Below are positions 51,626-64,000 of a DNA stretch of 64,000 nt, piece after piece. Within the stretch, counting starts at the first letter, position 1. Each line of letters begins with the position of its first letter. The notes under the pieces are model-generated. The model made no database searches. It was not told where the DNA came from and saw only the letters and a program-made list of their open reading frames with translations. A program made the position numbers and the translations under genes. Source of the DNA: Azolla caroliniana (Eukaryota; Plantae; Polypodiophyta); contig JBHGNT010000014.1 of NCBI GenBank assembly GCA_043228905.1, forward strand, positions 11,098,001-11,162,000, given 5' to 3'.

Positions 51626-53540
51626 TCATGCCACGTACACTTGCACACTGGCATTCTTGGTGGTGCCACATGATGGGCAAGCATCAATGGGGCGTTCGCA
51701 GTCTCGGCACAGACAAAGATGCCGACACGGTAGAAGAAGCATACACACTTCGTTCACCCGACAAACCTTGCATTTCCTCTTCTCCAGGAGCTCTTTGTCC
51801 GAGCCAATGAGGTTAACGGGGGGACAATGATCACCAAAGACTTGGCATGATTCGGCATCGTCTACTTCACTGCTCTCTCCACACCCTTCTTCCCTGCTAA
51901 TATGATTTGGGTGGTACATATGACAATTCTTCTGTTGATTTCTCGCTTGCACCACGACTTGCTCTAGACTCTGCCGGAGGTTTACGGCCATTAGTTCGTT
52001 GTTTTTGGCTAAGTTCCTCCACAACTGTGCCTCTACTGTGAGCTGTTTTAGCCTCTCTTCCAGTTGAAGAGACTTCCTATGAGCCTTCTCGAGCTCCTCG
52101 TCTTTCGCTTTAAGCCTCTTTGACATATTCCCTTCGATCGTCGCTATCAAACCTCTTGTGTGCAATTGTAGGTTCTCCTCAAGGGCCTGTTTCATCCTCT
52201 CAGCCTAAATTTTTCATGAAGGGGGATGGAACAGAAAATGAAGAAGAAACTTAGTTTTTGTGGATCAAGATACTTGACATACGCTTGATCTAGAAATCGA
52301 ATCATCATGATACATAGCTGTTTGGCATCTACACACAAAGAAGTCATGCATATTCACACTACTGATTCCCACATTGTATATAATCTCTACAAATGATCTT
52401 ATTCCCACATTGTATATAGTCTCTACAAGTGATCTTATCCCCACATTGTAGATAATTTCTACAAATGATCTTATTCCCACATTGTATATAGCCTCTACAA
52501 ATGATCTTATCCCCACATTGTATATAATCTCCACAAATGATCTTATTCCCACATTGTATATAGTCTCTACAAATGATCTTATCCCCACATTGTATATAAT
52601 CTCCACAAAAAAAAGCTCCTTTGTATGACACTTTTGTGTGCTACATCCTCTTAAATATAAGATAGACAATGCATGTTGACATGATTATATAATCTCTGTA
52701 CATAACCCTAACATTCATGTGACTTATTTTGGAATGGGGATCGGATGGCATTATAATACGTTTGGTAAGGTACCTGAGAATCGATGAGGCAATGGAGTTC
52801 TCCTCTTTGTTCAGCCAAGTGGGCTTGCATTTGGCGAGAGAAAGGTACTGTATCCAGAATTTGCCGGAAAGTGGAGGAGGGTAAATGTGAATTAGAAGAG
52901 GTTGAACAAGGCCTAGAATCATCAAGGCTCACATTGGTGGAGAGGCGGAGTCCGGTCGAAACAACAGGAGGCGGCCTTCCTGATGTGAACAGGTGCGGGG
53001 GCGGCAGATCCATAAAGAAAGGTGGCATTCTTATGAATGCTTCCTCTTGATCACATGAATTGTGTTCCAGTGTTCTCATTCTCTTGTTGCCCATGTTCAT
53101 GTTGAATCCCTCTGACAAGATGTGTTGAGATTGTTCATGTATAATAGAGTCCTTAAGACCCATCTCATTAAATACATCGACAGATTGTCTTTGTTTCTGC
53201 TGCTGCATCACACCTGGATTAGCAACATAATGTTATGGCCAAATTTTCTCATTAGTTGCAATCCAATTTCAAGGATTAATGTTATTCTTCATGAGAGATA
53301 ATCCCATCCAATCTAATCTTTTCAAGAATGAATTGGTTTTGTTTTGTTTTTTTTTTAACTCCATCACATCTCAGATGGTCATGTTCTTCTCCTCCAGTGA
53401 CAAAAGAAGCAGGTATACAGCAGGAATATGGTATGTATTAGGAGCTCTTACCATTATTAGGAGCTTTGATTGGTAGAGGAGAGTATCGCAATTCTTCGTT
53501 GGGAAGCATGACGGTGCTCTGATCGAAACAGCAGATTCTG

Positions 53541-53585
<45 letters not shown>

Positions 53586-53779
53586 GAAAACAATTGATGA
53601 TAGCGAGAGAAATGAGACGATGGATCGATCAAACCGAGATGATAACCAAAGGTGGGATTAGAGAGACAAGTAAGAGGTCTTTAGAAGAAGAAGAAAAAGG
53701 AAAACAAGGAGATTTTCTTTACTTACCTATTCAAGAAATGAGGGAGAGAGGTGTGGTTGGGGGCCTGGACACTCGCCAT
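51626..53779 (-). CDS. BRG: BOI-related (SBP family) C3HC4 RING E3 ubiquitin ligase, 385 aa, 4 exons
   Basis: Exons 53727-53779, 53452-53537, 52774-53213, 51626-52204 splice in frame with GT-AG (1158 nt); MASVQA start, VSTGLRLS motif, coiled coil EAQLWRNLA, EGCGES, RING CKVC..LLPCRHLCLC..C...CPSC. Confidence 0.95.
52365..52608. repeat. 36-bp minisatellite (~7 copies) in intron 3 of the E3 ligase gene
   Basis: attcccacattgtatataatctctacaaatgatctt units. Confidence 0.95.
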
Positions 53780-54109
53780 AGCCAAGAAAGCAGGGGAGGT
53801 TGGGGAAGAGGAGCAGAAACACAGAGACAGAGACAGAGACAGAGACAGAGACAGAAGGTGGGAAGTGGGAAGTGAATAAGAAGAAGGAGAAGAGATGGTG
53901 TGATAAGTTTTCTCTGCATGCGCGTTGAAGAAGGCAAGGGGACGCACTGAGCACAGAGAAGAGAGAGACAGAGACAGAGAAGAGAGAGAGAGAGAGAAGA
54001 GAGAGAAGAGAGAGAGAGAGAGAGGCCGAGGGGATATACGCGATTGTGTGTGTGTGTGTAATTATGATGGGTCAAACAATGAGGGGAGAGAAGATCTGAA
54101 GGGGTTTTA

Positions 54110-54157
<48 letters not shown>

Positions 54158-54208
54158 TACATACTGTACATAGAGAATAGTATGTGATTGTGATTCGTGA
54201 ATGTAGGT

Positions 54209-54240
<32 letters not shown>

Positions 54241-54281
54241 GGGCTGTTAGTGTCAGAGAAGATTTGCAGATGATGGCGTGC

Positions 54282-54317
<36 letters not shown>

Positions 54318-54442
54318 TGGAGTCCTTCCTACCTGTTTTTTTCCTTTTCCATCTTCATCTAAACATAGAATACATATGAAGAGAGAGACAGAGAAAGAAA
54401 GGAGAGATTTACCAACAAAAAGAGAGAGAGAGATGTGGGTGT

Positions 54443-54478
<36 letters not shown>

Positions 54479-55145
54479 CATGAATGAATAGTATGTATCA
54501 TATGCATGTGTGATATTATTAGTAGTAGTATGTATGTATGTATGGGTTTGTTTGGTTGATGGGTGGGGAAAATCATAAAGAGAGAGAAAACAGGGGAAAT
54601 CATAGAAGAGAGAGAGGAATGATGGATGGACAAGAGAGAGAGAGACAGAGAGGGAGATGAGGGAAGTGATAGATAGACTGACAGAGTGTGCGAGGGGTGT
54701 GTGTGTGTGTGTGTGTGTGTAGAGAATGAGAGAGATAGGCAGGAAATTTGGGGGGTGAGATGGAGAGCAGAGTCAGGGAGAGAGAGAGAGAGGTACACAG
54801 AGTGAGCTAGAGTTAGAGATAAAGAGAAAGGAAACGGAAAATCAGGGGGGGGGGGGGGGGAGCTATGTGTGTGTATCAGTATCATTGTATGTATATTAGC
54901 TACCTTAATGAGAGATGAGATGAGATAGAATTAGATAGGCTAGGGAGAAGGGCCCAGCCTAGGGGGGCTGGGGAGGGGGGGATATTTAACGAGTGGCTGT
55001 GGGCTCCATATATATATATATATATATATATTATATTATCATATAGAAGGGAAGGCCTCTCCCTAGATGGACCGGACCGATAGGCGGACGGAGGAGTCGT
55101 CCCATCGTGAGAGAAGGGCCTTCCTCCCTCCCTCCCTCCCTCCCT
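53542..55145. repeat. dense (CA)n, (GA)n, (GAGACA)n, (TA)n and poly-G microsatellites in intron 1 and upstream of the E3 ligase
   Basis: Directly visible simple repeats. Confidence 0.95.
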
Positions 55146-57269
55146 CCATCTTGCCAATGTCACCATGACCCATCTTCTGTATCTTGTTGGTCCTCGGCTT
55201 ATGTGTGTTGCTCGCTCGCTCGCTCAAGAAATGTATCGGAGAATTTAGGTAGACACTCATGCATGTTTACACAGGTAGTTTGCTCGCTCGAGAAGCTATT
55301 TAAAAATGTTAGGCCAGTCAAAAAACAATCCAAGAGGCTCCCCCGTTGTGATGCGTTACCTCGATACTCGTCATTTTGGTTTCGGAGTCCTGACTCAAGC
55401 CACCGATGCCTCTCAGTGGTGCCTCGTACCTCTTTGTGGAGAGTAGAGCACCTCATTCTACTGTCTATATGGTATTGGGCATCTCCAATGTGCCACTTTC
55501 CTCAACACATGTAGGAGCCCATGCTAAGAAAGGAGCTTGGTGCTTTATCCCAACATTTATCTCCTAACCTCTTTCGTTCTATCTAAAGTGATGGATCCCC
55601 TTAGGTGAGCTTCATTTGCATCCCTTGTACCTATTTATGCCCAGGTGTGTTGTGTGGCTTGTAGTTATCCAAAGTGCTATTTAGACCTTGAACTCCATGA
55701 CATCCTACAATGGCCCAAACCCATCTCAAAACAAATCGCCATTTGCCTCCAATATCATATCATATCATACAATTTATTCACACACATATTGTTCTTCTAA
55801 CTCTACTTCCCTCTAACATAGATTGGCATACCCTTCTATTGTCAATCATCACTTCATCCCATCTATGGGTCTCTATTTTGAGTTGAATGGAGAGGTTTGT
55901 ATTTTCAAGCGTTGCAGGTAGTCCACACATAAGGCGTGTCTCCAAGGTGAATGACTTTAATAAGGACACGATTGAAGAAGGTGTGTGCAAAGTGTGGAGG
56001 GTTTAACCACTATCATCCAATATTTAGTCTTGGTAATGATAATTTGTATCACCTAATTCACTTCCAATTTTTTATGCCTCATGGAGGGCCAATCCAGACA
56101 ATAATCAAAGGAGGGGGGTGGTAGTTTGTCTATGTGCAAGTCATGCAAGCCTAACCAACTGCTCACTTAAAAATAGCAACATTGTTTATGCTTGGTTGTT
56201 GCCAAATGCACGTAGGATGTTTATGCCATGCTCTTTATATGATAGTCATTGCTTAGAATAAAGGTTCAACTACTATGCATATTGCCCCTGACTTTGCCAT
56301 AATGATCTCATGTGGAGTTGATGGCTTTGTTTGTACCGTGATATCGACTTGGTGACAAAATTTCCAATTTGCTCCCATCCATCATGTTACTCTTTTCATA
56401 AAGAGAGACACGAGAGATGTATCATTTCATTTGGCCTTTTCACACTTGTAGATTATTTAATAGCAACACAAATTCAATCACATTTTTTAACATAGTACCT
56501 TTTACACTATGAGGTAAACACAACAAGGAAAAAAAAACAATTTGTCAAAAACTAAGAGCCACACCACACCTATCTAGAATGGCATAATATGTCATGTGCA
56601 GAGGATGCCTAAATGGCTAGAAATATGTTGATTGTCAGTTGTGCAATCATGTTGGATAATAGTACATTTCTATGTACACTTCGATTGCATCATTGTCTCC
56701 TATCTTCACATGATTTTGCCAAGAGTTGTGGAAAAAAATGTTGTTAAACTCTACAAGAGGCAACTCAAGATAAAAAGAAAGACTCCAAATAAGAAACCCT
56801 CCCAATGAGTGTTCTGGTCCTCACAAAGAAGAACAGGGATATCCAAAGAGGTATTCGAGTTGAACCTCTAAAGCTTAATCATTACAAGGAAATAATTAGG
56901 ATTCAATTTGAGCAACTTGGCTCACGTTAACATGGCATATGATGAAACCATTAGAGGATGTTTAGGCTTTTCTAATAAGACAAGTTGATGAACAAATATT
57001 AATTAATTCATATTATATAAATTAATCAAAGAAGACATTATTTCGAATAAACATTTGTCTAATTAGTTGCATTAATATATATGTAGATACATATATCTTA
57101 ATAATAATAAGACCAGACTTGTCTACTTGTTTGTCACCACTATGCTATGTCGACATATGAGCAACACTTGTCCCAAAGTCATCCTTTGGACTAGCATTCC
57201 CAACTTTTGTTATTGTTATCTATTAATACTATTTGAGGAGCAATTAACTACCGAATCATACTACTACTA

Positions 57270-57563
57270 CTAATATAATAAGTCAGAATTTCATAAAGTT
57301 TTTCTTTAGTTCCCCAGAATGTCCCTAAGTTTTCATCATTTCTTGAAATACCCTAGGTGAACCATGGAAGTGCAAACATATCCTCAAGTTGTTCATGTAT
57401 TTTCAACTATATGCATTATTATTCAAGTTATAATATGATTAATGTGTCCCGTTTTTCCATGTTTACTAATAAATCAAGGGGGGCTCGAGGGATAAAGAAA
57501 ACTTGGGGACATTTAGGGAAGTAAAGAAAGACTCATGGACATTTTGAAGTATTTCGTTACTAA
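57270..57563. mobile_element. MITE-like fold-back element
   Basis: ttctttagttccccagaatgtccctaagttttc (~57302) is inverted at gaaaacttggggacatttagggaagtaaagaa (~57497). Confidence 0.6.
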
Positions 57564-60500
57564 TAATTATAAACCCTAACACATGTTTACTACTTGTAGC
57601 AAATACTAATGATATTGCTAGTTATTCTTGATATGTACCAACAACAATAGTAACTTTTCATAAATGTACACATTAATGTTCATACTAACTAATGTATAGA
57701 ATATTATCATTTATAATCGAATAAGTTTATGGAACGAATGGTCATCCTCTTGAGTTCAAAGTTTTGCAATTTTTTTTATCACCGTTGTAACTTGTAATGT
57801 GAAAAATGATCCATGTTCTTTTCACCTATCTTTATCGTAGTATGCAATAGCCGTTGGCTTTTGGTGACAATTCTTGAGCATTTGTGCATACTTTGCTTAA
57901 GAGCAATAGTCACAACTCACACGGCCTTGTGGAGGATCAAATCCTAGCATTGTTGTCCCTTTTGAAATAATCGTTCAATAAAACAACTTGTCCGTATGTA
58001 GGAGCTAGCACGAGAGTGATATTGATCAATTTCACTAGGAATCTATCACCCCCTTACAACCTCTACAATCACTTCCATTCCGTTAAGTCTCACTCTCCCT
58101 AAAATATCTTCCTTATTATTTTCTATGCCCTCTTGCTTTTTTGCTCATCACTACATTTATTCTTCCCCTTCTTGCCATAGTCCTACATTCCTTATCACAT
58201 CTTGTATTTCAACATATCAATATCAACCTAAAAATAAGATAGCTTGTTACTCGATCATTCAAAAGGTAGGTAAACCTCTTTCTCTATATCCAGAAAATTG
58301 TCCCCGTTGCTTCACATTGATAGACTCAAGGGAAACTGCACATTGAAATATTGCTCCATCATTGTTGCTTACAACAAGCTTAAAATTTTCCATTGTTGGT
58401 GATTTGAGTATTTCATTGCTAGGTATGGTGGGACAAATGAGGTTTTGGCAAGCAAGCTTGAGTTTTGTGGGGCATGCACTCACATGTATTCCTTGTTAGA
58501 TATGATATGGCACCTCATCATTGAAAACTCTTGATGTTGAATAATGAGTAGATGCATGTTGCGTGTAAGGTTATGCCTTGAACCAACTTCTAAACTCAAG
58601 CATATAAGGACATTGTTATTCCTAAAGCAAAGCAACTACCTCACCTACAAAACTCATTATGTTGGATGTCTACAAGAACACAAGCGATGTGGGGCTCTTT
58701 TCGATTGCGAATTTTACATCACCTCTTCCTCGACTATCCAATCCTTTCATTTGCATTTGCTTTCCAAGAACATTATACAATGATACTTTTGAACTTTGAA
58801 GAGAAAAATGTTTAACCCCTTTCCTCAAGTAGAAGGATGGTCAAGTATACATTTTATCCTCTTTGCTTCCTCAAAAATGGTTTGCCAATTCTTTAAAACT
58901 AATGGTTTGATTAATACAATATAAAGGACACTAGGTGCCAATTTTGTTCGTGACTCTTGGTTTCATTTTCAACATTCCTATTTTTTTCCTCTATCTCCTT
59001 CCCTCAAACTATGTATTTTATCCCTTTAACAATTTTCTTGCTTTTCATACATTATCATGGTTTGGGTAGCTGTAATTCCTTTGTAAAAGACAATATACTT
59101 TACATAGTTCTTCAAATTCTTGCATAACATAGATCTATGCCACACAATGCATAATATTGGGGGGATGGGATTCAAGAGCCATGGAACATGCGATACGATG
59201 TATCTATTGCATAAATTCAATGATTTTTTTTGCTATATTATTGTCAATTATTATTCACACTAAAGGTTTGCATGGTTTATAAATTTGTTTGACCATGATA
59301 GAGCAATGACACTCGATATTTAGCAATGATCAATTAAATAAAACAACATTGGTTGACTATTAACAAGAATCGTTTATGATTGTGAGTGTACATTCTTGGT
59401 TGAAGGCATCTCAATTTTCTTGACAAGACAAATTATTGCTATGTGCATGTTTATTCCCATGAAAATTAAAGTTAGGATGCCTCACTATGTATTATGAAAA
59501 TGAAGTTTCCACAATTAGCTTCATAATGAAATAACATTGTGGAAAGATATGGTTGGGAAGCTTAGAAGTATGAATTTATTGTATAACTAATGTTGCCCCC
59601 ACTCTTATGTTCAACGTGACATGATGAAACAAAGGTGATTATTAGTAGGGGAACCATCCAACAATATACATGCCGGTAGGTGAAGTCTTGATTCTCGGGT
59701 TTTGCATTTTGTCTATAGTATAATTTGTAATTCGTTATTTAAGTTAAACTTAGTAAATAGTTTACTTATGAAGACAATGTAACATAGTCTATAGAAGACA
59801 TGAAAGCATGCAAAATAAATATGGTATGGGAAGGCAGTAGTAATCTTGAAAATAATTCAACTTATAAAACTTTCCTATTAATCAATTTCTTTTAATATTA
59901 TTTAATATCAAGTTGAATAAACTTTTGTCATTGTGTATTTTATTTTATCGTTGTGCTTTTTCTCTTTACCTACTCGAGAGACTTAAACTAGGAATTATTT
60001 ATTTTTCATCCTTTGTGAATGGGATGGGACACATGTGACTCAAAACTTACAATAACTATATATAATAGAGTAAATTATAATAAGTGCATCATTGGTTTCC
60101 TTTTGTTATGTGAAAATTTCTCGCTGGGTGTGAACAAGTGACATGCTTAATAAAGTGAGACCTTTTTAGGTATAGTGAAAATTTCGATCGCTAAGAAAAG
60201 ATCCACCAATGGGATATCAATGTAGATTTAAGGCATTTGTCACCATTAGTAGAATAGGTTCATGTGAATAACAAGAAGAGATGGGACAAATGCATCTTTC
60301 CCTAAGGATAACATATAAACAAGAATACCAAAATTCAATCATGTAGAAACTTCACAATCAAACTAGTGAGCCTTATCTAAATTAGAGACTAGCTCGTTCA
60401 TATGTTGCTATTTTCCAAGTAGGCAAGTATGTACATTATCCAAAACTAACCTTAGTAGGGCAAAGGTCATGATAGTGCCAAGAATACTATTTAAGCAAGC

Positions 60501-61989
60501 ATTCAATATAGAATGGTATAATCATTGCCTACATTATGTGTTTAACAAATTTATTGCCATCAAACTAAGAAAATGCGCCACACTAAAAACAAGCACATAC
60601 TTTACCAACCTTCATAAAGCTTAGCCATTTTAAAAGGGGTCTCTACTTTAGGAACCTTTATAAGGTTAAGGCCGATTGATTGAGAATGATGTTTTTCTTA
60701 GAGCTTTATAAAACACACAAATTGTAACGTATGTACACAGTGCACACATTACAAGGAACCATTAAACAACATATAAACTAACATTGCTGATACACTTTTA
60801 AGTAAATCATACAACAGTCCAAGCTTCATAAAAGGTGACCCAACTAACTAGTGCATGCTTAGGATACAATGAGGTGAGATATTTGTCCTTGTAAGCTCTA
60901 GAAAATGAGGTGTAGTAGCCAATGCATACAACTTTCTTGGGCTTCCCCATCTTATGTGTATCATGAACAAGGGTAGTTTGCATCCCTTGTAAACTGCCCT
61001 TATCTCATCATTGTCATAATCATCGTCATGGTTTACTTGCCAAGCTTGGTCATTAAATACCTTGGTTTTCTTATATTGTCAACAATGTAACATGGGTCAT
61101 GACTACATTTGTTTCATATCCAAGAACTATATGTGTTTTTCCTATGAGATCAAATTGTCTTCCCTTTCATCCCCTTTACAAAATGTTGCCTTGATTTTGT
61201 GCATGTATTGTACTCATAATCTATAAGGAACCCCTCACGTCGCACAATCCATGCTCTTAGAGTTTGCATTAGCTTGTGAGGAATCTCCTGAGGTTGATAA
61301 GCTTTGCTTAATGGACCCAATGGCTATGCTTCAAGCCTCAAAAATCTCATTATAATGATGTTAGTGCAGATTTAATATCTATTTTACATGAGCAAATTCT
61401 TGGTCCTCAACTCTAGAATTACAAGGATATTCTCATCCTTAAGATAACTATTAACAAATACATATTTGACATATGCCTTGTACAAAAGGCCAATCCTTCA
61501 CCTTACAAAGTTAGTAAAATGTATATTACTTGTATTGATGGAATGAAAATTATTGTGATTTAATTTCTTGGGCTTACATATCCCAATATATCTTCGGCTT
61601 GAACTATTGTGAACGAAGGATATGGTGTATACTATCAAGGCCAATACAAGCAAAAGCTCTTTCACTATATATATTCATTCATAGTAATCTTTACATAGAC
61701 ATGAAGATACTTGTAGCTAAGATGTCCAATTGAATTACAAATGCAATTGTTAGCGTCATCTTCATTTGATTGCAACAAGTAATCAATAGTAATATCATAT
61801 GAGATATATGATGTGTACCCTCAAAAGATAAACATGTAGCTAGCTCCAATGCAAGAATTTGAAGATGTTTCTACATAGTCCAATACAATAATTTCAAAGA
61901 TGAATAAGAGTGATGCTAAACCATGTCTTTTTTGTTGAATCTTGATTACTAAATAAGAACAGTATAGCTTTGGCCCTACAACAAACCTA

Positions 61990-63648
61990 GGATCTCTTCC
62001 ACTTTGGTGAGAAGGCCAGAGTGAGTGTTGTTGAATTTTTGGTGGTCTATGATGTAATTGTTTGCTAACTCCCCACCTCATTTACAACAAAAGTATCCAC
62101 AACTCCTATAACGTAGTAATTTGTACTATCTATACATAGTTATAGCACCTGGGCACTGATGGAAGCCATCGGGGGAAACAACCATCGGGGTGCTTGGTAG
62201 TTCCACTCAGGCCCTGATGATGATCTGCCCACCATAGGAGAACTACCCCATTTCAGTAGGAACTTTGGCCGAGCTCTTTCAGCTGCATCAAATTCCCCCT
62301 TAATCGAGTCGTACCGCCCTGCAACCAAGATACTAGCTCGAACAAGATATTTAACAACACCTCACCGCTAGGGATCTTTTGCTGTTGAAAAACAAACTTA
62401 CAACGCCTGGTCCAAATGTGCCAGACCGATAAACAAGCCACCATTATCCATATCTCTTCAAAAAATTCTAAGTTAGTGCCAAGTCGAACTCCAACACGTT
62501 GAAACACCTTACCACCTTGCACTATAAATCCATGACCATGAGGGTTTAACTCTTTAGCCTAACCTTCCCCTGTTAACTTCAGCCCTTGTACAGACCCCCA
62601 TACCACTCTCCCATTCACTCTGCATGTTGCCACTATCCTGAGACTTCTATCCCAAATGTTAATAGCCTCTCCGCAATTCCAAAAACAGTGAGGAATTGAT
62701 TCCAAAGGGTGTCCACATATCTTGCAACCAGCCTCACCACCACGACACCTGAGCCACTCCCCCACTGGTACCGCTTTATGACTAAGACGCCACAACCAAA
62801 GCTTTATTTTTTCTAGCATATCGAATGCCCATAGTCTCCTCCAAAACGACTTCAACAAGTCGTCAGAAATGCCTTTATCCTTCCAACTATTGCGAAGTAG
62901 AGTAGCACCCATAGATTTGGAGCCAATGATTTGCCTTCCTAACTTAGTAGTGTACTTGAAAAACCGTTGCACTTTGTCTGTTCCTGGTTTCTGCCACCAC
63001 ACCTCTAGTGGGTCCCAATCCAACTCACATACGAGCTTGTTGTCAACTATCCAAAGCTTACAATCAGATTCCAGCTTCCCTGGGTCCGGGTTTACTTGCC
63101 ACTTCTTACCTTCCAACACTGCCAACCACTAGTCATTGTCTGCCAAAGCAGTTAGGTTGCCCCACAAACGATACGATGGGCACCTGCCCCAGATAATTTG
63201 TGCATCGCCCTCACCTACAAACCACCCAAACCAGACCCCCTCTTCTTCATTCAACCTAGCTAAACCATCAACAACCTTATCTATCAAACATGTCACCTTT
63301 TCCAGCTTGCTAATAAACCTAGTACTACCAACTAGACCCTCCCTTCTTTTCCTTTTGAAAACCTCTAGTCTCTTATTAAACTAACATTGTACCCTACCAT
63401 TTGTCCCCATGGAAAGTATTTTTTCTGGCCAAGCATCATACCGTCATTGCTTCTAATTCTGGGGTTCCAAAAACAGTGGTTGACGGAGCTGTTCCTCCAT
63501 CGTTTTTGGTTGCATTAAGACCAACCCCTCTCTTAAACTTGACTAGGCCCTCTGTTGAGAATCAAGCTCAACTTGGTCTAGTGTGTGAACTCACCTTGAG
63601 AGTGAATAGACACTCCAACGGTCAAGAATCACCATTATGTCAACACTT
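61990..63648 (-). mobile_element. L1-like LINE 3' region (zf-RVT and C-terminal domain)
   Basis: KIKLWLWRLSHKAVP..CKICGHPLESIPHCFWNC; VWHIWTRRCKFVF. Confidence 0.88.
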
Positions 63649-64000
63649 TGTATTCTAGTATTTAGTATGAGTCATAGAATCATATTCTATGACACATAAC
63701 TTATGAGCTTTCACATTCCCCATGCTCCATGAGTCTTGTAGTTAATGAAGAGGGAGGGTGACTATATAAAGCACCCTCCTCCCACCTTGTAGAATGTTGT
63801 GTCCTTCTCCTTTGTTAATATATTTTTACCTTGCGTATTCTCTGTGTCTTACTCCTTGTCTCTCTCTCTCTCACACACACTCTCTCTCTCATACACACAC
63901 AATTCATATCTATTCCGCTGCATAGAATCAATCTCTTGATTCTTTACATGGTATCAGAGCGATTTGGTAGCTCCATCTAGCCCATCCGCGTGTTTTGAGC
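63649..64000 (+). mobile_element. 5' LTR (63649-63948) and tRNA-iMet PBS of an LTR retrotransposon continuing beyond the window
   Basis: TGTA...TACA termini, TATA at ~63763, TGGTATCAGAGC at 63949-63960. Confidence 0.85.

Noticed and set aside
52265-52669. Repeat-protein ORFs (GIRSFVEIIYNV)n
   Set aside because: Translation of a 36-bp intronic minisatellite
53594-55514. Several ORFs upstream of the E3 ligase
   Set aside because: Low-complexity microsatellite translations (apart from true exon 1 at 53727-53779)
57600-61800. Possible ancient transposase remnants
   Set aside because: No recognisable motif could be supported by eye; needs a tblastx/HMM search

Overview
Eukaryotic plant genomic DNA, probably from a seed-free plant such as a fern (inferred from the retroelement types). 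About 1-33.6 kb is a deeply nested stack of Ty1/copia and Ty3/gypsy LTR retrotransposons plus a hAT-like element and LINE fragments. About 33.7-45.4 kb is an unusual TE-like cassette. Its core is a spliced, now disrupted gene (39658-43930) fusing a ParB/Srx-like domain to a bacterial-type beta-class N4mC/N6mA DNA methyltransferase, with a 51-bp-period array of TCGA-containing palindromes in intron 1 and a divergent unknown gene upstream. The only intact host gene is a 4-exon BOI/BRG (SBP) RING E3 ligase (51626-53779, minus). Other signals: antisense tRNA-like Pol III cassettes inside LTRs of two gypsy lineages, ACGT-centred 4-bp target sites, a young gag-only element with apparently identical LTRs, and Tf1-like self-priming. 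Coordinates were read by eye and no database searches were run.
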